Source: an uncultured bacterium (lineage in GTDB: Bacteria; Hydrothermota; Tepidihabitantia; B3-TA06; CAYQJV01). Taken from it: a stretch of DNA of 64,000 nucleotides. The stretch lies in assembly GCA_964417925.1 (NCBI GenBank), contig CAYQJV010000005.1, positions 176-64,175 of the forward strand. Reading direction: 5' to 3'. Under the pieces are notes generated by a model. That model saw only the letters and a program-made list of their open reading frames with translations, made no database searches and had not been told where the DNA came from. Positions 1 to 10,900 of the stretch are shown piece by piece; position 1 is the stretch's first letter, and every line of letters begins with the position of its first letter. The position numbers and the translations under genes were made by a program.

Positions 1-196
1 GTCAAGTAGAATTCCATAATATTGGACGCATTTTATCGTTAATAAATCATAATGATGCATCACCCCACTATCCTCTAAAAACCTCTCAACGATTTCATTA
101 TTATTCAATATTCAATCTCTATCTACCTTTCTATTCATCAAGTATAATATGTTTCTGAAATTTTTAAAACCAACAAAAAATAAATCATTTTTAACT

Positions 197-225
197 TGAC
201 ATTTTCCAAAAAAATCATATATTTA
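197..225 (+). promoter_or_regulatory. putative sigma70-like promoter (TTGACA at 197-202, AT-rich -10 near 218-225)
   Basis: TTGACA hexamer and a TATATT-like element 15-17 bp downstream, followed by AAGGAGG and the ATG at 252; seen in sequence only. Confidence 0.3.
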
Positions 226-251
226 CAAAACGCTAAAAAGAAGGAGGTATT

Positions 252-335
252 ATGGCTTGTAAAAAGAAAACAAAAAAAACTACTGCAAAAAAAACTACAA
301 AAAAAACTGCTAAGAAAACTACTAAGAAAAAGTAA
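252..335 (+). CDS. small lysine-rich peptide, 27 aa (MACKKKTKKTTAKKTTKKTAKKTTKKK)
   Basis: ATG 8 nt after a consensus AAGGAGG; KK/TT repeats encoded by A8 runs; not in ORF track (too short); may be real micro-protein or low-complexity artefact. Confidence 0.3.
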   Translation: MACKKKTKKTTAKKTTKKTAKKTTKKK

Positions 336-377
336 TAATTTAATTTAGATTCATAAAAAGGAGGAAAAAAGTAAAAA

Positions 378-1031
378 TTGAGCGAAGTAATAGGAATTTT
401 TCTTTCCTTTATCTATATTGGGATTATACTTTTTGTAGCAGAGTTCATAAGAAAAAGAAGAAATCTTAAAACATCTGTAACCAGAGAGATAATCCATATT
501 GGGGTTTCTTTGTGGGGAATAGGAATATACTTTATTTTTAAAACATGGTGGGGAGTGTTAATACCTCCTTTGATTTTCACTGGTTTGAATTACCTTTCTT
601 ACAAATATGAAATTTTTAAAGCAATGGAAATAAAGGGAAATATCGGAACTGTTCTTTATCCGTTTTCTTTATGTATAATATTCCCTATCGCATGGAAATT
701 AGGCCATAAACTACCTGCAGTGGCAGCATTGCTTACAATGGGGTTGGGTGACGGATTTGCAGGAATAATAGGAAGCAGATGGGGAAAGCACAAATACAGA
801 GTTTTCAATACAACAAAATCAATAGAAGGAAGTATTGCGATGTTTACGTTTTCCTTTATAGCATTTTTAATAGTGGTAATAGGGTTCACTAATACTCCGG
901 GGGATAAAGCTATTTTATGTGGCATACTTATCTCCTCCATTGCTACATTTGTTGAAGCAATTTCTCCTCCAAATATAGATAACTTAACTGTTCCCTTTGT
1001 GGTTTTTATTAGCAGCTGGTTTATCCTATAA
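378..1031 (+). CDS. CTP-dependent polyprenol/dolichol-kinase-like membrane protein (CdsA/SEC59 cytidylyltransferase superfamily)
   Basis: Multi-TM ORF with GLGDGFAGIIGSRWGKHK...KSIEGS motif typical of CTP_transf_1-like kinases; TTG start after AGGAGG. Confidence 0.55.
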   Translation: MSEVIGIFLSFIYIGIILFVAEFIRKRRNLKTSVTREIIHIGVSLWGIGIYFIFKTWWGVLIPPLIFTGLNYLSYKYEIFKAMEIKGNIGTVLYPFSLCIIFPIAWKLGHKLPAVAALLTMGLGDGFAGIIGSRWGKHKYRVFNTTKSIEGSIAMFTFSFIAFLIVVIGFTNTPGDKAILCGILISSIATFVEAISPPNIDNLTVPFVVFISSWFIL

Positions 1032-1804
1032 TGGATTTTGTAATAGGTATCTTTTTATCCTGTATCGTACTTATCCCTGCTTATCTTTTATCTGCACTTA
1101 CATTGGATGGACTAATTGCTGGAATTATTGTAGGAACATGTGTATACACTGGTTTTGGCTTTTTTGGTTTTGTAACTCTTTTGTTCTTTTTCCTAACCGG
1201 CTCTATACTATCAAAAGTTAGGGAGAAAAAAGTAATCCCTCTATTTGAAATGGAAAAACAAGGCAAGCGGGACTTATGGCAGGTTCTTGCTAATGGAGGA
1301 GTGGCAATGATATCTGCTATCCTTTATGTTTTAGGTATAAAAAAGGCTATCTATCTCTTTATAGGCACTATGGCTACGGTTACTGCAGATACCTGGGCAA
1401 CAGAACTCGGTTTGCTTTCAGGAGCAACTCCCAGAAATATTATAAACTTAAAGCGTATAGCTCCTGGTATGTCCGGAGGAGTCACAGTATATGGCACTAT
1501 TGGAGGTATCACCGGAGCCTCTGCAATAGGGGTTATCTCTTCACTCTTTTATAAAAGAAAAATAGTTTTACTTATTGCTATCATAGGAGGCATCTTTGGA
1601 TTTTTATTAGATAGCATTTTGGGAGCCACAGTGCAAAGGATGGGATACTGCAGGAGATGTAATAAATTTACAGAGAAGGTAATTCATGGATGTGGGGAAA
1701 GAACCAAAAAGATAAGAGGAATAAATTTTCTCAACAATGATTGGGTCAATTTTTTAAGCTCTTTTATGGGTGGAGTAATAGGAATATTTTTATCTTTACT
1801 GTAG
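1031..1804 (+). CDS. DUF92/TMEM19-family integral membrane protein
   Basis: Multi-TM ORF abutting previous gene (ATG overlaps its stop); DUF92 proteins commonly pair with CdsA-like kinases. Confidence 0.55.
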   Translation: MDFVIGIFLSCIVLIPAYLLSALTLDGLIAGIIVGTCVYTGFGFFGFVTLLFFFLTGSILSKVREKKVIPLFEMEKQGKRDLWQVLANGGVAMISAILYVLGIKKAIYLFIGTMATVTADTWATELGLLSGATPRNIINLKRIAPGMSGGVTVYGTIGGITGASAIGVISSLFYKRKIVLLIAIIGGIFGFLLDSILGATVQRMGYCRRCNKFTEKVIHGCGERTKKIRGINFLNNDWVNFLSSFMGGVIGIFLSLL

Positions 1805-1823
1805 TTTTTGATTAAGGTATTTC

Positions 1824-1851
1824 TTGACTATGGCAAGCTATAAGTTATAAT
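1824..1851 (+). promoter_or_regulatory. sigma70-like promoter for tRNA-Leu (TTGACT -35 at 1824-1829, TATAAT -10 at 1846-1851, 16-bp spacer)
   Basis: Consensus hexamers with canonical spacing about 20 nt upstream of tRNA 5' end. Confidence 0.45.
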
Positions 1852-1871
1852 TATAAATAATTAAATCAGTA

Positions 1872-1954
1872 GCGAGGATGGCGGAATTGGAAGACGCGCT
1901 GGATTTAGGATCCAGTGGGGTAATCCCGTGGGGGTTCAAGTCCCCCTCCTCGCA
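1872..1954 (+). tRNA. tRNA-Leu (anticodon TAG), long variable arm
   Basis: 7-bp acceptor stem GCGAGGA/TCCTCGC, anticodon loop CTGGA-TTTAGGA-TCCAG, extra arm, T-loop GGGGGTTCAAGTCCCCC. Confidence 0.9.
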
Positions 1955-1970
1955 TATGGAATACACATTA

Positions 1971-3200
1971 ATGAAAAAAAGCGAGTGGCTTATAGGAATA
2001 GAAGCTAAAATAAATGGAGAAGAAGTTTTAAAAAGAGAAGAGGAAATAGCAAAGAAATACAAAAGGCATGCAGAAATTCCTGGTTTCAGAAAAGGAAAAG
2101 CTCCTTTGGAAATGGTGAGGAAGAAATTCGAAAAGGATATAGAAGCAGATGTGGTGGAGAGTTTTGCAAACGAAGTATACAAGAGGTTTCTTTCAGAAGA
2201 TAAGTACAAACCGGTTTCTCCAGCGAAGATATCTTACTGGAATTTCCTTGAAAATAGAGAACTGAGGTTTGAAATTGAAGTAGAAGTTGAACCTGAACTA
2301 CAGCTTCCTGAATATAAGAATATCAAAGTATCTAAGGAACTCAAGTTTAAAATGGAAGAAGAAATAGAAAAAAGATTAAAAACATTAGCAGAAAAAAATG
2401 CTACCTTTGTAAAAAGTAATAAACCTGCACAAAAAGGTGATTATCTGCTTGTAGATTATTCAGTATACGATAGCAAAGGAAGAAAAATCTCTAAACAAGA
2501 AAATGTATTAGTTGAATGTGGTGATCCAGAGAATTTTGTAGAGATAAACCAAGTACTTGAAGGGGCTAAATCCGGAGAGATTAAGTTATGTGAAATTGAG
2601 TATCCTGAGGATTATCCTGATGTTTCATTGAGAAATAAAAAATTCCAGTACAAATTCTTCATAAAAGAAGTTAAAGAAAAAAGAATCCCTAAAATTGACG
2701 ATGAACTGGCAAACACTGTAGGATATGAAAATCTCCAAGCCCTTAAGAAAGCTATTGAAGAGGAAATACATAAAGAAAAGGAAGCTATAATTGAAAGAAA
2801 TATTGAAGAACAAATAATAAACCACCTTCTCCAAAATACCCATGTATCTTTACCTCCTTCAGAGGTTGAAGAGGAGTATAGATACCTCCTTTTAAAATAC
2901 GGATTACAGGATACAGAAGAAATAAGAAAAAAGTTAATTCAAAGAGCAGAAGATACTGTTAAAATAAGGCTTATTTTAAAAAAAATTGCAGAAAAAGAGA
3001 AAATTACCGCGTCTGAAGAAGAGATAGAAAAGGAAATAGAAAAAAAGGCAAAACAACATGGAGTATCAGTAGAAAGGGCTAAAACTCTGTGGAGAAAAGA
3101 CTCCATAAAAGAGGAAATAATAGCAAAGAAGGTTATAGAATTTTTAAAACAAAATGCAATTGTAGAAGGAGGTATAGTTGTATATCCCAATAGTTATTGA
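1971..3200 (+). CDS. tig: trigger factor
   Basis: PGFRKGKAP signature, FKBP-like middle domain; ORF-track N-terminal extension (1878-1970) overlaps the tRNA so start placed at ATG 1971. Confidence 0.9.
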   Translation: MKKSEWLIGIEAKINGEEVLKREEEIAKKYKRHAEIPGFRKGKAPLEMVRKKFEKDIEADVVESFANEVYKRFLSEDKYKPVSPAKISYWNFLENRELRFEIEVEVEPELQLPEYKNIKVSKELKFKMEEEIEKRLKTLAEKNATFVKSNKPAQKGDYLLVDYSVYDSKGRKISKQENVLVECGDPENFVEINQVLEGAKSGEIKLCEIEYPEDYPDVSLRNKKFQYKFFIKEVKEKRIPKIDDELANTVGYENLQALKKAIEEEIHKEKEAIIERNIEEQIINHLLQNTHVSLPPSEVEEEYRYLLLKYGLQDTEEIRKKLIQRAEDTVKIRLILKKIAEKEKITASEEEIEKEIEKKAKQHGVSVERAKTLWRKDSIKEEIIAKKVIEFLKQNAIVEGGIVVYPNSY

Positions 3201-3762
3201 ACAAACCCCGCGAGGGGAACGAGCTTATGACATATACTCAAGACTTCTTAGAGAAAGAATAATATTTTTGGGTTCTCCAGTAGATGACCAAGTTGCAAAC
3301 ATTGTTGTAGCGCAACTTCTTTTTCTTGAAGCAGAAGACCCGGATAAAGACATTTATTTATACATCAATTCGCCTGGAGGAGTGGTTTCTGCAGGACTTG
3401 CAATTTATGACACAATGCAGTACATAAAACCAAAAGTAGTTACCATCTGTGTAGGAATGGCTGCAAGCCTTGCAGCACTTCTTCTTGCTGCAGGGGAAAA
3501 AGGTAAAAGATTTGCTTTACCAAATTCCAGAATAATGATACATCAGCCCCAAATTTCTGGAATATCAGGTTCTGCTTCTGATGTAGAGATTCATGCACGA
3601 GAAATTGTTAAGCTAAAAAGAAGGCTTAACGAAATATTAGCCCAGCATACGGGACAACCTGTAGAAAAAATAGAAAAAGACTCTGAAAGGGATTTCTTTA
3701 TGGATCCACAAGAGGCTAAAGAATATGGAATAATAGATGAAATAATAAAAAGAAGAAAATGA
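3178..3762 (+). CDS. clpP: ATP-dependent Clp protease proteolytic subunit
   Basis: [23 protein letters not shown]-terminus, Ser-His-Asp context (GMAAS...MIHQP); TTG start 7 nt after GAAGGAGG. Confidence 0.95.
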   Translation: MYIPIVIEQTPRGERAYDIYSRLLRERIIFLGSPVDDQVANIVVAQLLFLEAEDPDKDIYLYINSPGGVVSAGLAIYDTMQYIKPKVVTICVGMAASLAALLLAAGEKGKRFALPNSRIMIHQPQISGISGSASDVEIHAREIVKLKRRLNEILAQHTGQPVEKIEKDSERDFFMDPQEAKEYGIIDEIIKRRK

Positions 3763-4988
3763 AAAAAGAAATAAAGTGTTCCTTTTGTGATAGACCAAAA
3801 TCATCTGTAAGAAGATTGATTTCTGGAAGAAGTGGATATATATGCGATGACTGCATTAAAATTCTTTATGATTTAATTTCTGAGGAGGAAAGGCTTGAGC
3901 AAACTGTCTCATTACAAAAATTACCTACACCTGAAGAGTTCAAAAAGTTTCTTGATCAATATGTAATAGGGCAGGAAAGGGCTAAAAAAGTAATTTCGGT
4001 AGCAGTATATAATCATTACAAAAGAATATTTTCTAAGAAACAGGGGGTTGAGATAGAAAAAAGCAATATACTGCTCATAGGTCCTACTGGAACAGGCAAA
4101 ACTCTTTTAGCCCAAACTATGGCTAAATTTTTGAATGTACCATTCGCAATATACGATGCTACCCCTCTTACAGAAGCAGGTTATGTAGGAGAAGATGTAG
4201 AAAATATTCTTTTAAGATTGCTTCAAGCTGCGAACTATGACATTCAAAGAGCAGAAATGGGAATAGTTTATTTGGATGAGGTAGACAAGCTCGCAAGGAA
4301 AAGTGACTCTCCTTCTATCACGAGAGATGTCTCAGGGGAGGGAGTACAGCAGGCTTTGTTAAAAATTTTGGAAGGCACCATTGCAAATGTTCCTCCTAAA
4401 GGAGGAAGGAAACATCCAGAACAGCCATATTTACCTGTTAATACTAAGAATATTCTATTTATCTTAGGAGGGACTTTTGAAGGATTGGTGGATATAATTA
4501 AAAGAAGATTAAAGAAATCCTCTCTTGGTTTTGCCTCTGAAATTGAGGATATAAGCACAATGCCTGAAGATAAGTTATTATCTCTTGTAGAACCTGATGA
4601 TTTAATAAAGTATGGGTTGATACCAGAGTTTGTAGGTAGAATACCGGTGATAGCAACTCTCTCTCCTCTATCTAAGGAACAATTGGTAGAGATCTTAATA
4701 AAACCTGAAAACGCTTTAGTTAAACAGTATAAACATATATTTGAACTTGAAGGAATAAAGCTTGATTTTACAGAAGACGCCTTAAACACCGTAGCAGAAC
4801 TGGCTATAAAACGTGGAACTGGAGCAAGGGGATTAAGAGCCATTTTAGAAGATGCAATGCTTGATATCATGTATGAACTTCCTACTTTTTCAAAAAAGGG
4901 ATATTCAGAATGCATTATCACTGTAGAGACAATTACAAAAGGTACTCCACCTAAATTACTCAAAGCTCAAGAGAGGAAAAAAGCTTAG
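3759..4988 (+). CDS. clpX: ATP-dependent Clp protease ATP-binding subunit ClpX
   Basis: C4 zinc finger CSFC...CDDC, Walker A GPTGTGKT, translationally coupled to clpP. Confidence 0.95.
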   Translation: MKKEIKCSFCDRPKSSVRRLISGRSGYICDDCIKILYDLISEEERLEQTVSLQKLPTPEEFKKFLDQYVIGQERAKKVISVAVYNHYKRIFSKKQGVEIEKSNILLIGPTGTGKTLLAQTMAKFLNVPFAIYDATPLTEAGYVGEDVENILLRLLQAANYDIQRAEMGIVYLDEVDKLARKSDSPSITRDVSGEGVQQALLKILEGTIANVPPKGGRKHPEQPYLPVNTKNILFILGGTFEGLVDIIKRRLKKSSLGFASEIEDISTMPEDKLLSLVEPDDLIKYGLIPEFVGRIPVIATLSPLSKEQLVEILIKPENALVKQYKHIFELEGIKLDFTEDALNTVAELAIKRGTGARGLRAILEDAMLDIMYELPTFSKKGYSECIITVETITKGTPPKLLKAQERKKA

Positions 4989-4991
4989 ACG

Positions 4992-6941
4992 CTATTCTAT
5001 TTTCATAATTTTCCCTTTGATTTTAATGGTAGGAGTAATTACTATAACTATGTATAATCCCTCTTTTAAACAATTTGTAGGAATTTCTATTTCTTTTTCT
5101 CCATTTTCTATATTTTTTACATACAAAAGTTTCCCTGTAATGGAATAGATAAACACATCTGCTTTATCTCCAGGATAATCTAAAATAAGTTTAGCTTTAT
5201 TCCTAAAAGGAGAAGGCATGGTATATGGCGAAGTGTAATTTTTTATGTAAACAGTTTTATAAATATAATTACTACGATTCCCAACACTATCCTCAGCACA
5301 CACAAAATAATAATATTTGCCTCTTTTTTTACCAAATAAAATTTTTTTATTTTCTATTTCATAAAAAATTGAATTTATACTTAAAGTATCTATAAATACG
5401 TTTCTTATCTCTAATCCGCCTTCGTAGGGAATCTTCTTAATAAACTCAAATTTCAAATACACTGGTTGGTCAGTTTGAAATATTAAGTTTCTTTTTTGCC
5501 ATGAAAAACTCTTAAATGTTATTGAATCTATTCTCTCCCACTCAACCCCATCTTTGGATACCTCAATGTAAAAACCATCTTTTTCCAACATCATTGTTTC
5601 TACATCGTAACTTTCAGAAAGAAAAGAATTGTATTCAAACTCAAGGAAAAAAGATTTGGATATCTTCTGTTTTAACAAGGCAGAACAATCTGCCCCAAAT
5701 CTTAATTTTCCCTCTCTTATTTCTGCCTTGTTTAGAACGAAATTGTTTTCATCTATCACTGGAGTTAAAAATCTCCCTTTTCCAACAGCTTCAACAACCC
5801 TATAACCTTTAAGAGCAAAATCATCTGCAGGCCTCCACTGCAACTCTACAAGATTATCTTTAATTCTTACCATAAAGGAGGTATCTATACGGGGAGGAAC
5901 ATCATCAATTCCATAGAACCGGTACAGAAACTGTGTCCACTTACAAAGCGTATCCCATAATAGCTTTTTATATTCTTTGTAAGCATATTTAAAGGACAAA
6001 TAGTTTAGAGGAAACCATATCCCAATTCCTCCTACAGGATAGGCATAAATGATTACTTTATTTATACTTTCCATTGCTTCTTCATCCTTTATGTTTTTTA
6101 AGAAACTAAGCATATCCACATAATCAGGATAACCTGACTCAATAGAAAATTCCTTTGATTCCTTTCGTGCATCCTTAAGTATACTAATATTATCTTTTTC
6201 CAATAATGTATTAAAACGAGAAATAAAAGAATTGAGCTGTAAAAGACAAATGGCTGATATGTATTGGGTTATCCCTTTAGATTTATAATAGCTGCTTACC
6301 TCATCTACAATATAAGTTGCTACTTCTTCTGTGCTCAAACTTGCATGTCTATCCATTGCATTCAGTAAGATATCATAAGGAATTCCAGAACTCACAAAAA
6401 GACTTTCGGATGCAATCATAACCTCTACAGCATCTTTTATTTCACATGCCACTTCCATTATTCCCATTACACAGGCATCAAAAATCACGATGCTAATCTT
6501 TTTCCCTATAATTTTTTTTATCTCTTCAAAAGCCTTTTTCAACTCCCCACCTGCAACTCCTATTGAGTTTCCAGAACTTCTATCTTTACTTACTGCCTGC
6601 AGTTTTTCTCTCCATCCATTACCATGCCCCCATATTACGAGAGCATATCTATCTGCAGATACAAAAGACTTTGATTCCCTGACAAAATCAACCAATGTAT
6701 TATAATCTCCCATATCTATTTCACCTTTTCTATATAGAAAATGTAAACCAGTTTTATCCAATTTATAAAACTGAGATTCATCGGTAAGGTAATCTACAAG
6801 TACAGTAGCTGAAATATTCTTAACTTGGGTACTCTTTAATTGTGCAAGTACTGTATCTACAAGAGGGGAGAGTGAGTTATCTCCATTTATATATAAAAAA
6901 ACTCCCCAATTACTACAAAAAAGCAGAGAAAGTATTTTCAT
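4992..6941 (-). CDS. clostripain-like (peptidase C11) cysteine protease with T9SS C-terminal sorting domain
   Basis: Signal peptide; WGHGNGW (His-Gly) and IVIFDACVMG (Cys) catalytic motifs of C11; C-terminal 80 aa match Por-secretion-tail pattern (DVFIYSITGKLLY...GLYIVIV...IKGKIMKIE). Confidence 0.7.
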   Translation of the reverse strand: MKILSLLFCSNWGVFLYINGDNSLSPLVDTVLAQLKSTQVKNISATVLVDYLTDESQFYKLDKTGLHFLYRKGEIDMGDYNTLVDFVRESKSFVSADRYALVIWGHGNGWREKLQAVSKDRSSGNSIGVAGGELKKAFEEIKKIIGKKISIVIFDACVMGIMEVACEIKDAVEVMIASESLFVSSGIPYDILLNAMDRHASLSTEEVATYIVDEVSSYYKSKGITQYISAICLLQLNSFISRFNTLLEKDNISILKDARKESKEFSIESGYPDYVDMLSFLKNIKDEEAMESINKVIIYAYPVGGIGIWFPLNYLSFKYAYKEYKKLLWDTLCKWTQFLYRFYGIDDVPPRIDTSFMVRIKDNLVELQWRPADDFALKGYRVVEAVGKGRFLTPVIDENNFVLNKAEIREGKLRFGADCSALLKQKISKSFFLEFEYNSFLSESYDVETMMLEKDGFYIEVSKDGVEWERIDSITFKSFSWQKRNLIFQTDQPVYLKFEFIKKIPYEGGLEIRNVFIDTLSINSIFYEIENKKILFGKKRGKYYYFVCAEDSVGNRSNYIYKTVYIKNYTSPYTMPSPFRNKAKLILDYPGDKADVFIYSITGKLLYVKNIENGEKEIEIPTNCLKEGLYIVIVITPTIKIKGKIMKIE

Positions 6942-6943
6942 TT

Positions 6944-6976
6944 AAAAGATAAGGGGGGAGACCCCCCTTATCTTTT
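6944..6976 (-). terminator. 15-bp GC-rich stem-loop (AAAAGATAAGGGGGG-AGA-CCCCCCTTATCTTTT), possible intrinsic terminator/attenuator overlapping porV-like stop and abutting C11 peptidase start
   Basis: Perfect inverted repeat flanked by A-run and T-run on both strands; seen directly. Confidence 0.5.
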
Positions 6977-7956
6977 TAAAATACCATTCCTACGGAAACC
7001 CTATGTATCATAGGTAAATATTTGTGATGTTCCACAGCATAGTCCATAAGAATCTTATACATCGGTCTTGGTATCACAAATCCTATTCCTCCTGATAAAT
7101 CTCTATTGTTTCTATTCGTATATCCTACTCTAAAGAAGTACCTGTCGCTTATACTATACTCCATTCCTAAAGCAAATACTTCTCCTTGATCTATTAGATA
7201 TCCAAAATCAGCTGCAAAGGCAAGTTTTGCCTCGGATGTTTTAAAGAGGTAAGTGGAAAGTCCTCCAAGAAATGTAAGTGGAAGGGGAAACGGCTCTGAT
7301 TCATAAGTAGAGGGCACATCTTCACTCATCAATGTATCAGGAGCATGCATGAATTCAAGTGCTTCTCCTTTAAATGCAACATCTGTAGGTGAGTAATTGA
7401 GTGCTACAAATCCCAGTTTTGTATTCTGTATTCCTGTTTCATAAGTTCCTCCTATATCAAATGCTACTGCTGTAGCAGAAACTTTGTGAATATTCATATT
7501 TATTACTTTCACACCAAACCCTGAAGAAAACTTATCGGTGAGCTTGGAAGCATATGTAACTCCTATTGCATAATTATTGGCAGTGAAGTAATGTTCGCCT
7601 TCTCCTAATTGATCCTCGTAAGCGGTCATAAGTATTCTTCCAGAAAGGTGTCCAGTAATTTGTATTCCTATGGCATTTCTACCAAGCGGAATTCCTATGG
7701 CAAGATTTTCCAAGTACATTCCTGCAAATAAATTTGCATGGGTAAAGGAAAAAGTATTTTTACTCACTGTAGTTATACCTGCTGGATTCCAGTATATTGC
7801 ATCAAGCCCATCTGCAAATCCTGCATATGCATATCCCAATGCAGAAGGCCTTGCTCCTCCACCCATTTTTAAAAATGCAGAGGAAGCCCCTATGCCTCCA
7901 AGCCTTGCAAAAGTCACACTCGCAATAACAAGGGCAATGAGAATTATTTTTTTCAT
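6976..7956 (-). CDS. PorV/PorQ-like outer-membrane beta-barrel (putative T9SS shuttle/anchor protein)
   Basis: Signal peptide then FLKMGGGARPSALGYAYAGFADGLDAIYWNPAGI, the N-terminal signature I associate with the PorV/PorQ family; beta-rich, C-terminal Phe; co-operonic with T9SS cargo. Confidence 0.55.
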   Translation of the reverse strand: MKKIILIALVIASVTFARLGGIGASSAFLKMGGGARPSALGYAYAGFADGLDAIYWNPAGITTVSKNTFSFTHANLFAGMYLENLAIGIPLGRNAIGIQITGHLSGRILMTAYEDQLGEGEHYFTANNYAIGVTYASKLTDKFSSGFGVKVINMNIHKVSATAVAFDIGGTYETGIQNTKLGFVALNYSPTDVAFKGEALEFMHAPDTLMSEDVPSTYESEPFPLPLTFLGGLSTYLFKTSEAKLAFAADFGYLIDQGEVFALGMEYSISDRYFFRVGYTNRNNRDLSGGIGFVIPRPMYKILMDYAVEHHKYLPMIHRVSVGMVF

Positions 7957-7973
7957 TTCTCCTCCTTAAAAAA

Positions 7974-10900
7974 TTATTTTATAATGGCAAATTTACCAAG
8001 TTTTGATTTTCCATCTTCTGTAACTATCTGGTAAATGTATAAACCACTGTAAATGTCAAGATTTTGCTCTGTCCTAAGATTCCAGAATTCACTTCCTCCA
8101 CCCTCGTGTTCTATGGTTTTTATAAGAAGTCCTGAAGGATCAAATATCCTGATTGTACATTTGTATGGAAGCCCTTGGAAGTAAACTCCTCTTTCATACT
8201 TACTCTTATCCCATGGAGCTCTCACATAATAAGGATTTGGCACTACTCTCACACCGTCAAGTGTGTAGTCTTCTTTTCTTTCTTCAAGAGAATGCGTAGA
8301 GATAACAAATTTATCGTCTATAAAGGGCTTAAGAGTCTTTATGTAAAAGGTATCTCCAATCACAGGGTCTACAGTATCTTTTACAACCGCAGTATCTATA
8401 TAAAACTCAACTCTCAAGAGCTTCTCATGAGTCTCTTTGTCAAGTATTTGAACATTATCACCCAAGCTTAAAATTCCTGTAGGAGAAGAATCTAAGTAGT
8501 ATTTAAACGGCACATCTTCGCCGGTCTTTACATCTTTAATTATAAAATTAGCTGGTTTTCCATTTATATCTGTACTGCTTCCTTCTTCAGCAATTACTAT
8601 TATATAATCCGTGGGATAAAGTTTCCATGCTTGGATAGAATGCATATAGTTACATTTACTACCTGCCACCCAACCTGTTTGAGCAGTATCATATTTAGTC
8701 TCCTGATCTATCATCAATGAATCTGGAGTATCCACCGTTATCATTAACCCATCTGCCGGTGGATAGAGATCCTCTCCTTTAATATATTTAACACTATCAA
8801 GTACTATTTCTCCTGTTCTTTTATTCTTTAGGTACCATCCTTTTACCTTATAATTTTCTGAATAAAAGCCAAGTTCATATTCATCTCCAGTAAGTTCCAA
8901 CGGATTTACCACGGTAACTTTAACAAAACCTTTACCTTCACCCTCTACGTGTTCCACGTATGCAGAATCTACGTTGAACTGATCCGCTGCAAACCTTGAA
9001 GGTATTGCAAAATACTTTTTACCTGTTAAACCACTTTCAAGTGAGGGGATACCATATTCTGGTTGAGGTCTGGAATACGAGGTTACACTGTAATAATAGG
9101 TCATTCCGTTTTTAACATCTGTATCTATGTAATAGTATTTAAGCCCTGTTTGTGCTCCTACACTGGAGGATTTATAGGTATTTACTATAAACACATCACC
9201 TTTATTAGGAGTAAGATCGGCTTCAGGACGTTCGGGATCAAATACTCCATTATAAATAGCAACATAAATACCATCAAAATAGATATAGGCTCCAGGAACA
9301 TATCCAGGATGTTCGCTGTATATCGTATCTCCTATCGGATCTTTTACAAAAAATCCTTTTTTATCTTTTATGGCATCTGGATTGTACTCGTATACCTGTT
9401 GTTCTGTCAGATTGTAAACTATAAAGTCTGTAGAATCTGTGAAGTTAATTGCATATGTAGCTTCTTTAAATAACTCATCCTTTGTCTGTGGTTCAAATCC
9501 CTTAAACTCAATATAGGCCATTGAGGTCTTAGTTTTGTAAGAAACCATTGCTGTATCAATGGTATAAGAATTAGCAACATCATAATCTGCAAGCAAGGTC
9601 CATGAACCAGCTATTCCTGTTAAACTTTTATATACTCTGTATCCTTCAAAAGTTTTATGCCCGCTCATCGGGTCTACAAAATTTTCAGGAGAGTTGTCCC
9701 ATACCAGATAAACCTTATTATCGCCTGGAATTACTGTAAGATTGGGAGGAGGTGGTGGTGAGAATCCTACGTATCCCATTTTAAAAAGTGTATCAGCTAT
9801 TTTTGCACTCTCTTTTAAACCTTCTAAGGTTAAAGAGACTATAACTGCAACCGTGAACTCTATCTCTTCACCAGGATAAAGAATCTCATAAGGGCCACTT
9901 GCTGATAACTGCCTCACATCTTTTGGCTCTTCCCATGTCATATACTCTGTGCTCTTAAGCATTTCATACTTGGCACTATCTCCAAAAATTCCTGGATAAT
10001 CGGGTGGGTCTCCATTTAACCATGTAGCAAAACCTGTTAAACCTTTATCTGCGGGTGTTTGAAGCAACACACAACCTATATACCCTGGAGGAGTGCTCCA
10101 ACCCTCTTCATAACCATCCGAATCATAGGTATACCCGAGGTTGAGTTCTTCGTCAAAACCTATCATATCGTCATCAGCATCTCCAACATCGTTATCCATG
10201 AAGTATCCTACATATACATTTTTCAATGGGAATGGATTCATATTCTTTATTTTGTAATTTATGAAGATGATATTGTCATTATAATTGTAGTTCCAAGAAT
10301 AGGTTCTTTGCTCTATTCTTATTCCCAATCCCCATGTATCATATGGTCCTGTATCCCTTATCCATATGACAGTAGCATCATCCTCTGGAATCCAATCTCC
10401 ACCACACGCATAAGTATCTTCCATTGATACAATATCTCCTATTTTAAGCTCCATACCCGCTGGCCTTCTTTTATTCAGTGTAGTATCTGTAAAAGGCCAG
10501 ATAGTCTGATAATCTTCAGGGGTTCCATGCTGAGCGAAAAGAAAGTCTCCTTCTCCTTCATATCCGTATCCTTCAGGAATTCTCTGGGTACTAAAGTAAA
10601 GTCCTAATCCTGAAATATCTCCCATTCCTCCTGCATTTTCAAGTTCGGGAACACTCATTGCACCAAGATCTGAATAGAAAGCAGCTTTTGATACATTGGG
10701 AACCCAAGTAGTGTCATTACCTTTCACCTTAGGATATAAAGCTCCTACCCATATTCCATTCGCCCAACTGTAGTACTGCCCACTACCTGCAGGGTACTCT
10801 CCTACTGATTTATAAATATATTCTCCTCTCAATGCATCAAAAGGAAAGGTACCATCATAATATTCCCAGGAAGGAGGTTGCCTAAACACACCACCTTGAA

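Noticed and set aside
1-60. Possible 5' end of a minus-strand gene running off the left edge (ATG at 58-60 rc, preceded by GGGGTG)
   Set aside because: Only 20 codons visible (MHHYDLLTIKCVQYYGILLD); too short to evaluate.
252-335. CRISPR/tandem-repeat check on AAAAAAAACTAC reiterations
   Set aside because: Units are 12-15 nt, irregular, without spacers; it is low-complexity coding or A-tract, not a CRISPR array. No CRISPR arrays found anywhere in the window.
1878-1970. ORF-track N-terminal extension of trigger factor (MAELEDALDLGSSGVIPW...)
   Set aside because: Overlaps the tRNA-Leu gene; the translated text is the tRNA read as protein. Real tig start taken as ATG 1971.
4268-4963. 231-aa antisense ORF inside clpX, and the many 60-140-aa antisense or offset ORFs inside other large genes (e.g. 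656-940, 8175-8471, 9063-9473, 12306-12620, 18664-19211, 22519-22953, 34698-36652, 46205-47597)
   Set aside because: All embedded in well-supported genes on the opposite strand or frame, lack RBS, and have low-complexity composition expected from AT-rich antisense sequence.
6976-7956. Alternative identity of the PorV-like ORFs as FadL-type long-chain fatty-acid transporters
   Set aside because: The FadL NPA and N-terminal hatch motifs are not evident, and all three ORFs are co-operonic with T9SS-CTD proteins; PorV/PorQ-like is favoured but needs profile confirmation.
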